Part shown: positions 12,263-25,374 of the stretch, in pieces
Numbering within the stretch: position 1 is the first letter of the stretch
Layout of the letters: each line of letters begins with the position of its first letter
Origin: Craspedostauros australis
Taxonomy: Eukaryota
NCBI GenBank assembly: GCA_030167865.1
Contig: JALAGF010006292.1
Location: 1-64,000, forward strand
Reading direction: 5' to 3'
DNA length: 64,000 nt
The notes under the pieces: model-generated
The model's database searches: none
Seen by the model: only the letters and a program-made list of their open reading frames with translations
Told to the model about the DNA's origin: nothing
Translations under genes and position numbers: made by a program

Positions 12263-13666
12263 ATGCTCCAAATGTTGTATCTGCGAATCGTCCAGAAATC
12301 AGCAACCCTGAATACAAAGCGCCCACAGTTGCCACATTTGCCACCTTTGCTGCTGTTGGCATCTCTGCTGGTGATCGCTTCTGTGGGTGGTTGCCAAGGT
12401 GCATCTGGAGGCGTCAGGATCTCTGGAGGTACCACAGGGATGTTCTCCACAGCGGCGGCGACGACGACGACGATGATGCAGAGACAGATTGCTTTCGTGC
12501 CGCTGATGAAGCGAGGTTCGAAACTTTGTCAGCCACAGCGACAGTGGTCACACGTGAGGCCGATGCCAACGAATGATCACATGAGCATTCCCACTACTCG
12601 CTGTATGCACTGTTACCGTCACTGTGGCATCAGGCACAGAACTGTCGGTCATCAATGCAGCTCGCACGTGACGACAAGGTTGTTCAGCAGCCGCCCGAGC
12701 AAACGCATACCTCCATCCAGCACAGCTTCCGACGGATGGTACGGCGATGATGTTGTGTCATCCACAAAGTCGAACACCGTGAAACGAATTCAAGCACTGC
12801 TCAAGAAACGGAAAAAGCGTTTGGAGCAAGGTCAGACGATTGTGGAAGGACCGAGGATGGTGTTTGACTTACTGGAAAGTTCCAGAACATCCCACCTCAT
12901 CCGTTCCGTTCTGGTATCGACGCAGGAATACGATGTCTATGCTGATCGATTGCACGGTGCATTGGACGCCGATGGAGCGGACATTCATTTGCAAGTTGGC
13001 ACTCCGGAAGTTCTGAAGGCGTGCAGCGATACCATGACCCCGCAAGGCATTCTCGCCGTCGTCGATATTCCTGTGTTGGAGATACATGACTCTCGCGCAG
13101 AAGCGGCAGCGTCATCCGGCGGGAATCCATTGTACCTCATCCTCGATGGCGTGGGGGACCCAGGCAATGTCGGTACCTTGCTGCGATCATCGTTCGCAGT
13201 CGGGGTTGCTGGCGTCATTCTGATGCCGGGAGCGTGCGATGTTTGGAATCCCAAAGCACTTCGCAGCTCGATGGGCGCCGCGTTTCAGGTTCCGATCATT
13301 GAGACGGACGGGTGGGAAAGCACCTTGGCGACCTTGGAGGATCTGAATGTTGATGCTGTCTATGGTGCGACAATGATGACGGCTGACGATGGCAGTCAAG
13401 GAAGCAAACCGTATTTCGATCTCGATTGGGGTTGCGGTCCTATTGGCTTGATTATTGGCAGCGAGGGCACGGGCCTATGTGAAGAGATTCGGTCAGCACT
13501 AGCAGCAAGTGGCGGTTCGGACGCAGCCGGAGATGGTGACATGCCCGTGGAGATCAAGGCCGTGCACGTTCCCATGAAGCCTGGAATCGAGAGCTTGAAT
13601 GCTGCTGTGTGCGGAAGCGTCATGCTCTTCGAATACATGCGACAGCAAACCACGCAACAGAGATGA
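12263..13666 (+). CDS. SpoU/TrmH-family (SPOUT) RNA 2'-O-methyltransferase, probably organelle-targeted
   Basis: SPOUT motifs ILDGVGDPGNVGTLLRS, WNPKALRSSMGA, IIGSEGTG and VPMKPGIESLNAAV. N-terminal substrate-binding segment SSTKSNTVKRIQAL...IVEGPRMV. About 160 aa of S/R-rich extension, so the start codon is uncertain. Confidence 0.9.
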   Translation: MLQMLYLRIVQKSATLNTKRPQLPHLPPLLLLASLLVIASVGGCQGASGGVRISGGTTGMFSTAAATTTTMMQRQIAFVPLMKRGSKLCQPQRQWSHVRPMPTNDHMSIPTTRCMHCYRHCGIRHRTVGHQCSSHVTTRLFSSRPSKRIPPSSTASDGWYGDDVVSSTKSNTVKRIQALLKKRKKRLEQGQTIVEGPRMVFDLLESSRTSHLIRSVLVSTQEYDVYADRLHGALDADGADIHLQVGTPEVLKACSDTMTPQGILAVVDIPVLEIHDSRAEAAASSGGNPLYLILDGVGDPGNVGTLLRSSFAVGVAGVILMPGACDVWNPKALRSSMGAAFQVPIIETDGWESTLATLEDLNVDAVYGATMMTADDGSQGSKPYFDLDWGCGPIGLIIGSEGTGLCEEIRSALAASGGSDAAGDGDMPVEIKAVHVPMKPGIESLNAAVCGSVMLFEYMRQQTTQQR

Positions 13667-13848
13667 CGACGCACTCTTGCACTACTTCTCCTCGCCACGG
13701 CCCATCGAAGTTCACATCGTGATGAGGCTTGGGAGGTGTTGCCCATGCTGACAACTCCTAACTCGTCGAGTTGATGGTTTGGCAATGGTGGGTGCCCTAA
13801 GTTGAGTCTAATTAATGCAATCATTCATGTATCCATTCAATCAGCCAA

Positions 13849-16625
13849 TCAGTCCAGGAAATACTGCGACCCACTCTTGGTCGTCACTGTGGAGTTCTTC
13901 GTCTTGCGACCACGGGCGATGGGACTCGTCGTCACCAAATCACCGTCCTCCATGTGTGGGGATCCACTCACGACGCCAGTGATCGTGCCATCGCTGTTGA
14001 CCTTCCATCGGGACAGGATCGGCACACCAGCGGGCGCGTTGGGGTTGCGCCGCTCGGGTTTCAACTCCTTTATGGTGGGACGTTGTGCACCTCTGACTCC
14101 TCCGGAGAAGAGATCGATCAAGGAAAAGGTGGTGCGTGCCTTCTTGCTCGAGGTTGCATCGCTGCCGCCATCCTTCGTTTTTGATGCAGGTTCCTTGTCT
14201 TCTTTCTTTTGTTCTTTTCCTGGTGTTGACGACGGCTTGATGATAGATCGACGTGGCGACGCCGTGGCTGTCTCCAACTTTGGTATTGTGATGGTCGACC
14301 GTTCGCTGCCTGTCACCAGATTCTTGATTGTTGATAGCAAATCGTCGCCTTCCTTGGGCTGCTGTATCGAGGAAAGCTTCTCTGCCGGTTCTCCGAACAG
14401 GATGTACTCGCTCCCAGAAACCGTCTTCACAACTTTCCCAGATCCGAAGACGCTGCCCTCCGCGGTGGGTGATGTTTCAATCAGATCGCCGTCCACGCTG
14501 TTTGGTGATCCGTAGACCTCTCCGGAAACACCACCTGTCATGACGAGCACAATGAAACAGGATTGCATTTATTGGTGAGGGCGAGTTCACAATGTGCGCA
14601 GTGAAGTGCAGTGCAGTCTCGCATAGAGTGGAGTTGAGGCGAGTCAAAAAGGGTCACACTTCACCTGGAATACAACTCAAGGGTCTCTGGATACCGGCAA
14701 AAGCGCCATGCAATGACACGTTTACGAATCAAGTCAACGATAGCTCTTCGACAACACTTCGGGTGCATACTCTGGACACCACCAGTTCAACACAAAAGAA
14801 ATACATCGTACTCACCATCCTCACGTCTGGACCAATTGATGATGCGAGGCATGCCCTCTGGCACAGCGTTGACTTCATCGACATCTTCGCTGTCTTTGGG
14901 TTCGGTGGCAAATTCACGTTGCGCTTCTTCCACCTCCTTCTGGACTGATTGCGCTGCCTGCTTGAGCTCCAATTCTTTGAGCCTAGCCTCCTCCATCAAA
15001 CGAACTGCTTCTCTGGCCTCCTTCGCCGACTCCCGTCGTTCATCGGCAATCTTCAACTTGGCCTCCGCCTCGCGTTTCTTGGCTGCCCTCTGCTTTCGCT
15101 TTTCTTTCAGATCAATGGGAGGTGCGTCGCCATGTTCGTTTGCGGGATCCTGTGTGATGACTGGTTCGAACGACCCATACGACATCGAAGCACCGTTCAA
15201 ACCAGTGCTGCTGCCCTCCGCATCACCGCCAGCTGTGTTCTGGGTGCCAACTTGCTGCGTTGCCGTCAAGCCGCTGGATGAATCCACCTTTTCGGCAGCT
15301 TCCAAAAAGTATCTGGAAGTGGGCAAGGCGCGCATGAGAGTAAATATCAGTGTGATTGTGATTGTGATTGTGATTGCGTGAGTTTTCAAATTGCTGTGAA
15401 ATTGCATTGACATGTATACTTGTACAGGGCAACATGCTGCGCCAACATACATGCACATTCACAAAAGAACTCACTTGGAACCTGAGCCAGTCGTGACGAG
15501 AGTGCCCCCAACAGCATTTGGAGCCACTGGTGACGTCGATATCTTGGCGCCATCATTGAAGTAGGGGGATCCCTTGACTTTGCCAACGATGCTGCCATCG
15601 GTGCTCTGGCTCCAGTCAAAGATGATCGGGGCATCCACTGCTGTTGAAGACGACACTGCCGCTCCATTAGATGATGTCGCAGAACTACCTTGCGTTGGAC
15701 CATCCGGCATGTACAGACCATCGGTGCTGGTGGAGAAGAACATATCCTCCAGGCTGATGGTGCTCCTTGGTTCCTCCTTGCGTTCCCTCAACGAAGTCTC
15801 AATCTCGAATGCCTGCTTCGAAATTTCCATCTGCTCCTGCCGAATGGCATCGGCCTCCGCCACGGCTTCGTTGGTGCGTCGAATGGCATCCGCCTTGCGT
15901 TCTTCCGCAGCCTTGCGCGATCGTTCCAAAGCCTCTTCGGCCCGACGCAACGTCTCCTCTTCGGCCCTCGATCTTTGGATCGCTGCCTCCGCCTTGCGCA
16001 TGATCTCCTCCTCTTCAATCAACCTCTGTCGAAGCTGAAGCAGCGCGGCTTCTGCCATCGCAAGCTTGTCGGTCTCCTTGTCGCCCGCAGCAGACGCCAG
16101 AGCATCCTTGAGCTTGTCGTCTTCGGCATGATTCAAGGTCGTCAATGACGGTGGGGTGGAAGGTGGTTTGGGCGACCTCTCATTGTTCAGACGCTCCGTC
16201 TCCACGAGAAGTTCCAGCGCTTTTTCCAGCTCCTGCATACGTTGAAAGTCGTCTGATTGGGCGGAAGTTGTTCTGATCGCCATGTCTTCGATCGTTCGGA
16301 GCAAGGACTCCACGCTAGGTTGCGAGGCCGGGGATGGTGCAGCCGTTTTCTGATCTTTCTTCTGCCCTACCGCTTGTCCATCCTTCTCATCGCTCACAGC
16401 TGCGAGAGCGAAGCAAACGCCGCTCCTCTGCCTCCAAGCAGATCTCACCCCGACCATTTCCAACATGCAGGTGCAATGCGATGTGGATGGAAGCGGCGGT
16501 ATGTGCGTGCGACTTGAAGGAACGGCCGAGGGCAATGCAAGCCACGCACCGACGGTGGGGATGCCAGCACCATTGCCAAAAGCGAGCGCAATAGCAAGCT
16601 TGACGCAAAGCCTGCGAATCGCCAT
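13849..16625 (-). CDS. Signal-peptide protein with coiled coils and three copies of a ~55-aa domain; exons 16625-15475, 15312-14816, 14534-13849
   Basis: MAIRRLCVKLAIALAFG... signal-like start followed by a transit-like stretch, then E/A/R-rich coiled coils. The repeat PxIxxWxxxxDGxxxGxVxGSP...DG..IxTSP...VxTxSGSxYxL occurs three times, and both introns restore repeat copies in frame. Confidence 0.8.
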
Positions 16626-17564
16626 TTTATGATTTGATGCAGTGTGCTGTAGTGATGACGGGATCCTTTGTGCGATACTCCTCTTCCTGCGAAGATTATG
16701 TGACAGGACTGAGAGGACTCTACGAGTAATGAGAGGGGATGAAAACGTATCCGTGCGGCAATGCGGCAATGCGGCAGTGTGGCAATGTGGTAGATCTGCG
16801 GCTTGCGGATGGAATGGCACAAAAGACGCGTCTGCACCAAAGGTTGGAATGGGATGAATGGAACGCTCCTCCCTCTTCTCTCCTGTCATGCAACCTTCTT
16901 CTCCGAATGAGTGCAATTGGGTGCGAGTCGTACTCGTGTGTGGTTGTGGTGAATGACAATCACAGTCGTACGGGTATGTGTGTAGTATTGGAACAACCGC
17001 AAGAGATCTTTGAAATGATGAGGGTCTTCCTGTGGTTCGTTATTGGTGGTGTGCCGTCCCACAGAACGCTCTCATGCTGCTGTTTTCTGTGGTCATGACA
17101 GATACTCGCACCCGCACTCGTGATCAGTCGAGAGAGGCCACCCACCCTCTTTTGATCTTTGTTGTTGTCAAGGTTGTCTGTTGTCTCCGCGAGTTTTTGG
17201 GTGGCAGATGGTGGTTTGTTGAACTTGGTTTGGTGTTCGTGTTTGACACCAGTCATCCGTGACACATTTGAATTTGTACGAATCATCATTTCTGCCGTTG
17301 TTGTCTGGCGTGCTAACGGCTGCAACGGCGACATCCAGTCAACTCTGTCGAGCAAACGTCCACTCGCTGCAGCGATTCTACACTCAACCTCAAGACTGCA
17401 ACTTCAATACTGTACGATACATGAGAGTAGAATGGGACAGAGCAGCTCAAATTGCCCCGTCATTGCCCGCACAAGAGACGCATGCAGTCCATGAGCAATC
17501 TCTAGTGTGATGTCAGTACAGGAAGGAACCATAATGTGCTCCACCAAAGCACCTACTCTATTCT

Positions 17565-20500
17565 CTATGTCAAGCCAAGAGTGGAGCCAGCCGAGACTGC
17601 CGCGAATTGGCGGTCCAGCAGATCATTCCTCTTGTTGGCCTCCTCCAGAGATTCCGACAGCTCCTTGCATCTTGCTTCCGCTGCGTCGGCCCTGGACTCG
17701 GCTTGCTCGAGGCTTTGCTGGGTCTGATGGATCATCTCTCCGATGTCCACCATGCCCAGGACGCCACCGGCCGCGGCGCGGAGATTGGGCGTCCCTGTCA
17801 CAGCCAGCGAACACAGACTGGAATACATCGACACCACGAATGGCTCAACGACGCCAGACATCTTTCGCAGCTCCTGGCAGATGCGCAGAGATGCCAGTAT
17901 GTGGATGGGCACCGTGCTTCCGAACGTGTTGGACTCCTGGCTCTCCACGGTCGCAGCAGCGAAGATGGTCTTGCACAAGTCCTTCATTTGCACGGTTTTC
18001 GGGTCCAGTGATAGCACGGTCGAGATGCAGGATATCAGGAGGTTCAAACTCGCATTCTCCTGCGAAGATGCCTCGGCCGGTTCCCTTCGTTCTCTCGCGG
18101 CCTCCGATGCCTTCAGCGCGGCGGCTTTGGCTTGCATTAAGCTGTGATTCGCGGATGCCGATAACGTTCCGCAGATGACCTCAACAGACGATGCCGGCAC
18201 CTTGCTTTGCAACGATTTCACCATTTCCAGCACCTCGTCCAGAACACCAGAGCGGACACCTTCCTGTGTGGCATCAACCTGCGATACGGCAGGCAGCATG
18301 GCATCCAGGCCTTGGCATATCGTATCCCATAGTTGCTGGAGCAACGCTTGTTCCACCAAATCGGGAGTTGCTGCAGTGGCGATCGTCATTTGCATCTGTC
18401 GCGCGGCCTTCACTCCATGCTTCATCATTGTGCTCAACGACTGGAATGTGTAACCATCGCCCAGAAGACGCAAGTCCGTCTCGACGGATGCTGGCCATTC
18501 ATCTGCCAACACCCGAAACGCACATCTTAGAACATATGCCTTGCACACGCTTGGCACGGTTGGTTTCTGAACTGCATCAGTCAAGATAGTTGCCGCCTCG
18601 TAACCTAGCAGCGTTGAACCCTCGATCTTGGAATCCTTGCTGCGAATCATTGATGGGGGTGACGACAAGAATACGTACATTCCAAAGCACCAAAACACCA
18701 AAACAAAATAGATGCAACAACGAAAAACGCGATCAGAAACATTGCAAAAAAAAAAAAACAGATAGAGTTGGCTCATCGTCAAGCACTGGCACATACGCGG
18801 AATGCGATCCAAACAGCCGCCGTCAATCTACCTTCAAATTCATGTCAACAACTTTACCACACGAGTCCGCGGGGCCAGACAGATACATCAACACGCATAC
18901 ACGCATGCACGCATCTGCGTCCGCTTGCGCACTGATGCACTCGCATCTGCGCACTCCAGAGACCCAGGGCGAAGTAATGCTCGGTCTGTTGCTGTCAGCA
19001 CTCACCATAAAAAGTTGTTCCCCATCAACCGCGTCAACATCACCAAGGCTCGGCTCGACCCAGCCAGGACCATCACCTTCATGACATCCATCGCGGCCTT
19101 TTGTGCTAACGACAAGAACCGGGAGCTCGTTCGGTTGGCGGTCCTCGTCGCCACAGTCATAACGACCGACAGGAAGCGCTGAACGAGCTTGTTCGGATTG
19201 ATCTGTTCATCGACGTCATCGGAATCGCTGCTTTGTTCCGTCTCCGCCACTGAACCGTCGTTCAGCAGGAACGAATGATCCGCCTCTCGGAATTCGTTCG
19301 ACTTGCAGCACTCGTACAGCTTGCCCAGATCATTGGCAAACTTCGACAGGATCTGAACCTGCGTCGAATCCGTCGTCGTTTCGCTAGTCTCCAAGAATCC
19401 GCGGTAAGATTCCAAGACATCGAACGCGTCCAGGAATAGATTCTCTCGGCACGTCTCCACGATCGAGGAGTTCAACCGTTCCCTGGATGAAGATGCCATG
19501 TTGTCCTTATCGGGCGTTCTCACATTCCGCAGGGCGCCATTGACCACCTCCATGTTAGTGGAGACTCTGGCGGGTGTGATGGCAGCCTGTATGCCTGCTC
19601 TGCACGCAAGCTGACATGAGAGAACCATCAGATCGGCGCCAGCATTCCTCAGATCCATCGTGTCTCGTCCCACCTCCACCGCTGTCGCGGCCAGCGAGTA
19701 GTTCAAGAACTGATTCCACACATCCTCGAACCAAGCATCGCTCTCCTTGCTGGCCTTGCTGCTTTGGCTGGACTCCACAGTATCGAGCAGCACATTAAAG
19801 AAGGAACGCAGTACTCGGCATATGCCCCGAATCACGATCGCTTGAGTTGCAATCCACTGCTTGCCTTCCGAATCTCGCGAATGGTGGACGTTGAGTCGGT
19901 ACCGCGATCTCGTTGGAGTTTGCCCATTCTTGGACTCTTCCCCGGCATCTTTGTTGTCTGCATCCGAATCCTTCGTCTTGCCATGCGATGTCACAGAACT
20001 GTGAACACCCAGCACAGTTTCGCACAAACATGATTTCCATTGCGCCGCCGACAGCTCGTGCCCTCGCCCAACGATGCAAGAAAATAAGGTGTTGACTGCA
20101 CAATTGCGAACCTGTGCGAAACATCAGACCAAGCCAAGAGATGATGCAAAGAAATGGCAGACATGGTCGGGGTCGGGATACAAGCACGAGTACGAAAAGG
20201 AAGGAAAAATATGGTGAGGATGGCCATGGTCGTGATCCGTCTGATGTAGAGTACGCAAACGATTTTCACAACATCAAATCCAATACTGAACAGCTGGCAG
20301 ATTGTCGCTGCTCGGTGAACTTACCTCAGCTCGGCTGTCAGCTGACACACGGGCCAATTTCGACAACGGAAGCTGCATGTGGCAGATATTGGTTTGCGTA
20401 AATGGGGAAGGAGAGAGCAGAAAGAGTGAAGATGAGAGTGTGTGTGAGAGTGATGGGAGTCACTTGCTGCGAGCGGAACGGAGAATCGTCGGCTCAAGAT

Positions 20501-23500
20501 TTTTCTCAACATCAATCGATCGACCGCCGATGTCTGATTTGTGTCAATCATGCCACGGCCGATCTTGACTGGCCTGTCGTGCTTCCAATGTGCGCTTGCA
20601 CATGATCGAGATGAATACACAAGATATCTTACCTCGACAGTATCGCTCGTCCGGCTGCGGTCCGCGATCTTCCAAAGCAAGCCAATGCTGGTTAATGAAG
20701 TATTCACATCTTGCTTGGACAGTGCGAAAGAGAAGCAACATTCCAACAGCGCGGCGCTGCTTCCCGTGGCTTCGTCCGTGGCATCCAGGAAATCTTCCAC
20801 AATCAACCGCAGGCATTGGAATGCGGCTAAACAGCTGCCACCCCATTCATTGGAGTATCGCCCTTGCTGATTCACGGAGGCGATTGCATCGATCATCGTG
20901 ATCCAGGCGGCCCCCGCGAGGCGATGGCCCGCGCTTTCGATGATTGAGTGCATGGCCGCCAATGCACTCTCTGTGACCTGATGATTCTCCTCCTTCTGTA
21001 TGCAGGAACACAGCGGCAGAAGCAGATCCTTCTGCGTAATGTCCTGCGGGGTCTTTGCGGCTTCACCTTGTGCAGCGCTGCCGCCAGCACTGGCACTGGC
21101 ATCAGCGGATGCTTCGTTCGCTGTTTCTGCTGCTGCTGCTTCGACTATCAGGTATTGATTCTGACGTGGATCGGCGTACTTTATTCTGCTGGGCCCTTCC
21201 GAGATGGTTGCAATCTTGAAAGATTCGGCGAGGTGCGACAGGGTGATCATGGCGATGCTGTCGAATGCGAAATCCTTGTCGTCTCTGCTCTTCGATGAGA
21301 TGGAACACAGTTGCTGCGATATCGTTGGACCGATTTTGTCGAAGCGGTAGGCATTCGTCAGCGCGATGTCACAGAGCAAGGCTGTGACGAACCGCAGTCG
21401 GTCGGTGCGAACAGGGTGCTTGGAAGCGGCAAGTCTCTGTGACATCTCTGCCTTGTAGTGGTAACAGAAAGTCTCCTTCGTTCTGCTGGCGAGAGGGATG
21501 TCGTTTTCGTTTCCATTTGGATTCTCGCCTGCGCCATACAACGCACGGACACCCAAGTGAATGAGCTTTCCGCTGATCGTGCCCGCCTCTTCTTTCCCAC
21601 CGTGGTTGGTGCCGCCCATTTCCGACGAGTCCAACTTCGTCATTCCACTTGTGCCGGTGCCGGTCGGTATCTGAGATGTTGTCACGGCCACCTCCATGAG
21701 GCTTTCACTGAGAGCGTTGAGCGATTCATCGGACAGGCAGGTGGAGAATGCAGCGAATCGTCCAAACACGGCCGAGACGCACAGAGCGCTCTCGTAGGCG
21801 CTGTCGGAGAGTTCGGGCGATGCGATGTGCAGAATGGACAGCTCCTCAAACGTCTGCATGATGACTTGCCAATCCGATCCAATGTGGTCGTGGAGCTTGT
21901 GGACGACGTTGAGGAGGCATATCAAGGCGGCGACGTGATTGTCTCGCAATCTGGACTGCGCGTTTTGGTTGCCCCACTGCGGAAGCGACAGTTTGCATAG
22001 ACTCGAGAGGAGGGCGCATCTCTGCATCGGCCCAAACTTGAAGGAAATCGTCGCGAGTTTGTAGTATCCTTCGAGAGAGCGTTTGACGATCGTGCCGCTT
22101 GCTGGAAAGCGTTTGAGATAGTGCTGCAGCAGCGCCAGGAACGGGCTGAAGGCATCCTCAAAGACCGACGTCTCCAGCTGAGGATCCACCAGCTTCAGCA
22201 TGCCTTCCAGGCCCGTCCAAAGCGCGTTGCCGAGCACGTACTGCTGGTTGGAGTCTTTTCCATTCACCCACCACGTCGAATCATCCGTGGAAGTCGCGCT
22301 GTTCTCGGCAAGGAAGAGGAGGCTCTTGGGATGTCGACAGGCTCCCACCAGCAGTTGAATGTTATCCTGACAACTCGCGGCGATGGTGCAAAAGTCGCTG
22401 ACTGCCTCGACAAGGGGGACGAGGACATCCTGGTGCATCCAGATCGCTCTCGTTTCCGGCTGATGCACGGCCACTTTGATGGTCTCCAAGCAAAGACCAG
22501 CCTTCCACAGCGTCATGGGAGGCAGGCTCTTGACGACCTCGAAAGTGGATGGCGATGCATCGCCCGTCTGCCGGTACACGTAACCATCCTCGAACTCTGG
22601 CTGATGCCGCAAGGCTTCTGTGACCGTGGTGATCGGTTCAATGATATGCAGCATAATTTCGCGGCATTCGTTGGGCCAGGAATCGGCCTGAGTTTGGAAC
22701 ATGGTCAAGATGAATTGCAGGACGCGGATGAAGTCCAGCGGATGCGTCGGCAGCTTGGACTTGAGCTTTTGCAAGGTCTGAACCAGGATGCCCAATGTTT
22801 TGCGCCCGACGGTTGCGAACACCTTGGGATGATCCTGAAGCAGCTTCGTCATCAAGGCCATGCTGATAGCGAGGGAAGGGAGGATGGGCGAGTCCTTTTC
22901 GCTGACGCGGCACTGCGCGAATGCACCTTGGAACGCCTTCTTGGTGGCCGTTATGGGTGTCGTTGAGATACACGCTGCCAGATCCTCCCATGTCTGCATT
23001 GCAAATTTATCGTCGTTGCGGAACAGCAAGGTCAAAACGTGCGGGAGCGCTGACTTGGCCGCCTGGCGCACCACGGGTTGCTTCAATCTCAAAAACAGGC
23101 AGCAGAGCGTCACGGACTGCGTCCATTGCTCTTTGGTGACTGGCAGGTCGCCGAGTTCCAGGAGCTGCAGGAGGCAGCTGAGGATATCCAAGGCAATCTT
23201 TTCCAGGAATTTGGCATTGATATGTCCGGCGCCGGCCTGTCCATGAGACGACGATACGGCCGTTTTGTTGACCACCGAGTTTGCAGTCGATTTGACCGTC
23301 TCTGTGGCAGCGGCGGATGATGAGGAAAGAAAGCTTCCGAGCCATGACGAAGTGGATGCGAGTGTGCTGGCCGTGGTGGAGAATGGTGCGTTCGAGTCTG
23401 ACCGATCAAGGTCGCGCGATGACATGTCAGAATCGTCCTGTTTCGTGGTTGCTTTGGAAGTGGTCGCGTTGCCGGTCGTGGTGCTGCTATAGGAGACGAC

Positions 23501-24045
23501 GACATGTGCCTGAATGATCCACACCCGCACCATGTTCATCCCATCGCCGGGACATATGGCATTGGCTTCCATGAGGCTCTTCATGGCCTTGAAGGAGGTG
23601 TCAAGCAGCTTCGGTGATGCGTTTGGATAGTTTGCCGCGAGGAGGAATGGATGTAACAGATCTGACGACCGGAAGAGCGTCGTGTCTGGATGCTTCTCGC
23701 CTTGCGCCGCCGCTTTCCGCACGGCAATGACATACTGATTCTGAAGCGACCTCAGCTTCAAGATGGCTCTTTCCGACGCCTCCTTTACGCCTGTGCAGTA
23801 GTGTAGTCAACAAGGTAAGAAGATGGTGGGAGTTGCAGTAGGACGAACAGCATCAACGAAGAGCGACTGTGTGTGAGAGAGAGGGAGAGCAGTCTCAAGA
23901 ACAAACATCACGGCATGGAAGGGCCGAGCAACTCTCTGTTCTATTGATCATTCGTGCTGATGCCGACGAACGTACCTGGATGCTTCTTTCTGGCCTCTGC
24001 GCCCAGATCCCGCAGGTATTCCTCCAGCTGCGCGACGAAGTTCAT
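17565..24045 (-). CDS. MON2: Protein MON2 homolog (Arf-GEF-like scaffold); exons 24045-23976, 23790-20633, 20372-20325, 20111-19006, 18639-17565
   Basis: Spliced N-terminus MNFVAQLEEYLRDLGAEARKKHPGVKEASERAILKLR and LLHPFLLA match the MON2 DCB domain. HIGSDWQVIMQTFEEL, QDVNTSLTSIGLLWKIAD and DSRAEVRNCAVNTLF match the HDS region. Splice sites are canonical. Confidence 0.88.
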
Positions 24046-25374
24046 CGTGATGCCGACGACTCAATGTAGAGATGCTGCGAAAGTTGAATGCTGATGACGA
24101 CGACGACGACGACGTTGGTGGGGATGGCGATGAGCATCCACTGGTCAACCCAGCGACGTGTGCTATTTGTGACCGAACGAGACGGCAAGATGGGTCCGGC
24201 TTGCGCAGTGCTGTACTGTGAAGCACGGGCCAGACCGAAGCAGACGATAGCGCACTGGAATACCCGTAGATCAGAGCACCCTCTTCGAGTAGAGGAGCTG
24301 TTGTGTTGTGAAACTATTGTCAAATCTGTAGCACTTGGCCCTGTTGTGTTTCCAGACCTGCTTTTGGGAGTTGATGGACGAGATCGATGCGAGGATGGAG
24401 GACTCTGTCGTTGTGTTGGCACGAGTCAATCAGTGCTCGTGCGTAGCTGCGTCTTTGTGTGGGCACTTTCTCTCCGCTCTACCTATACTGTCTCTGCTCT
24501 GTGAGTATTATATAGAATACTTTGCTTTCTGTGTGTTGTGATTTGCGCTTGACGCACCCGTCGTTCGGTGATACGGGTTGAGTTCGTCGTGATGTTTTGT
24601 GGAGAACGACCCCTTGTTTGTTGGTTTGTTGCCGTTGTTGTCGTTGTTGTCGTTGTGATTGAGGTTGTGGTTTTGGTTGTTGTAGTCGATGGGATCATCA
24701 ATCGAAGCGAAATGGCATCAAGAGAAAACACGGAAGCGACAACGGTACGACTAGATGTAGATGTATGGTACAGGTGGCAGTACAAGGATAAACTGCGCAG
24801 CTCGTACGTGTATTACCCACATAAAGCGCCGATGAATCTCCATGTGGGCGATTGTTCCACTCAACTCTACTATGAGCTACTCTGTTCTACGCGTATGTAT
24901 ATCACTAATAAAGCCAATCTATTCTCAGCATGCTTACTATCCGATAACATGAGGACGACACATTTTAACACAAATGTAATGGTATGACATCGTTGAGGAA
25001 CAGTCGGAGCATGAGCCTGGCTACGAGTATTAGAGTAAGCTTGGCTATCCTTACTGGCAGATGGAGATTGAGTTCTTCTCACTACCATGTTCTTCACCTT
25101 GTTACCCTTGTTGGATGGACTTTCGCATTGCGATCTTGACGAAGACTTTGATGCACTCAACGCCAGTGTTCGTTGTTGTATCGTACCTTGAAAACTATTA
25201 TCTCGTTCCACAGAATGGACACTTGATTTGGTCGCAATGCACAACTCGTGTTGTGTTTCCATCAAGTGAAAACGCCGTGGTTTCTCCACAATCATCCTAT
25301 TATTTTGCAAGGATGATCGTAACGTCGCGTCGTGCCATACCATAGTCTTCCACAAAGACACTGGCTGCTTCAAC

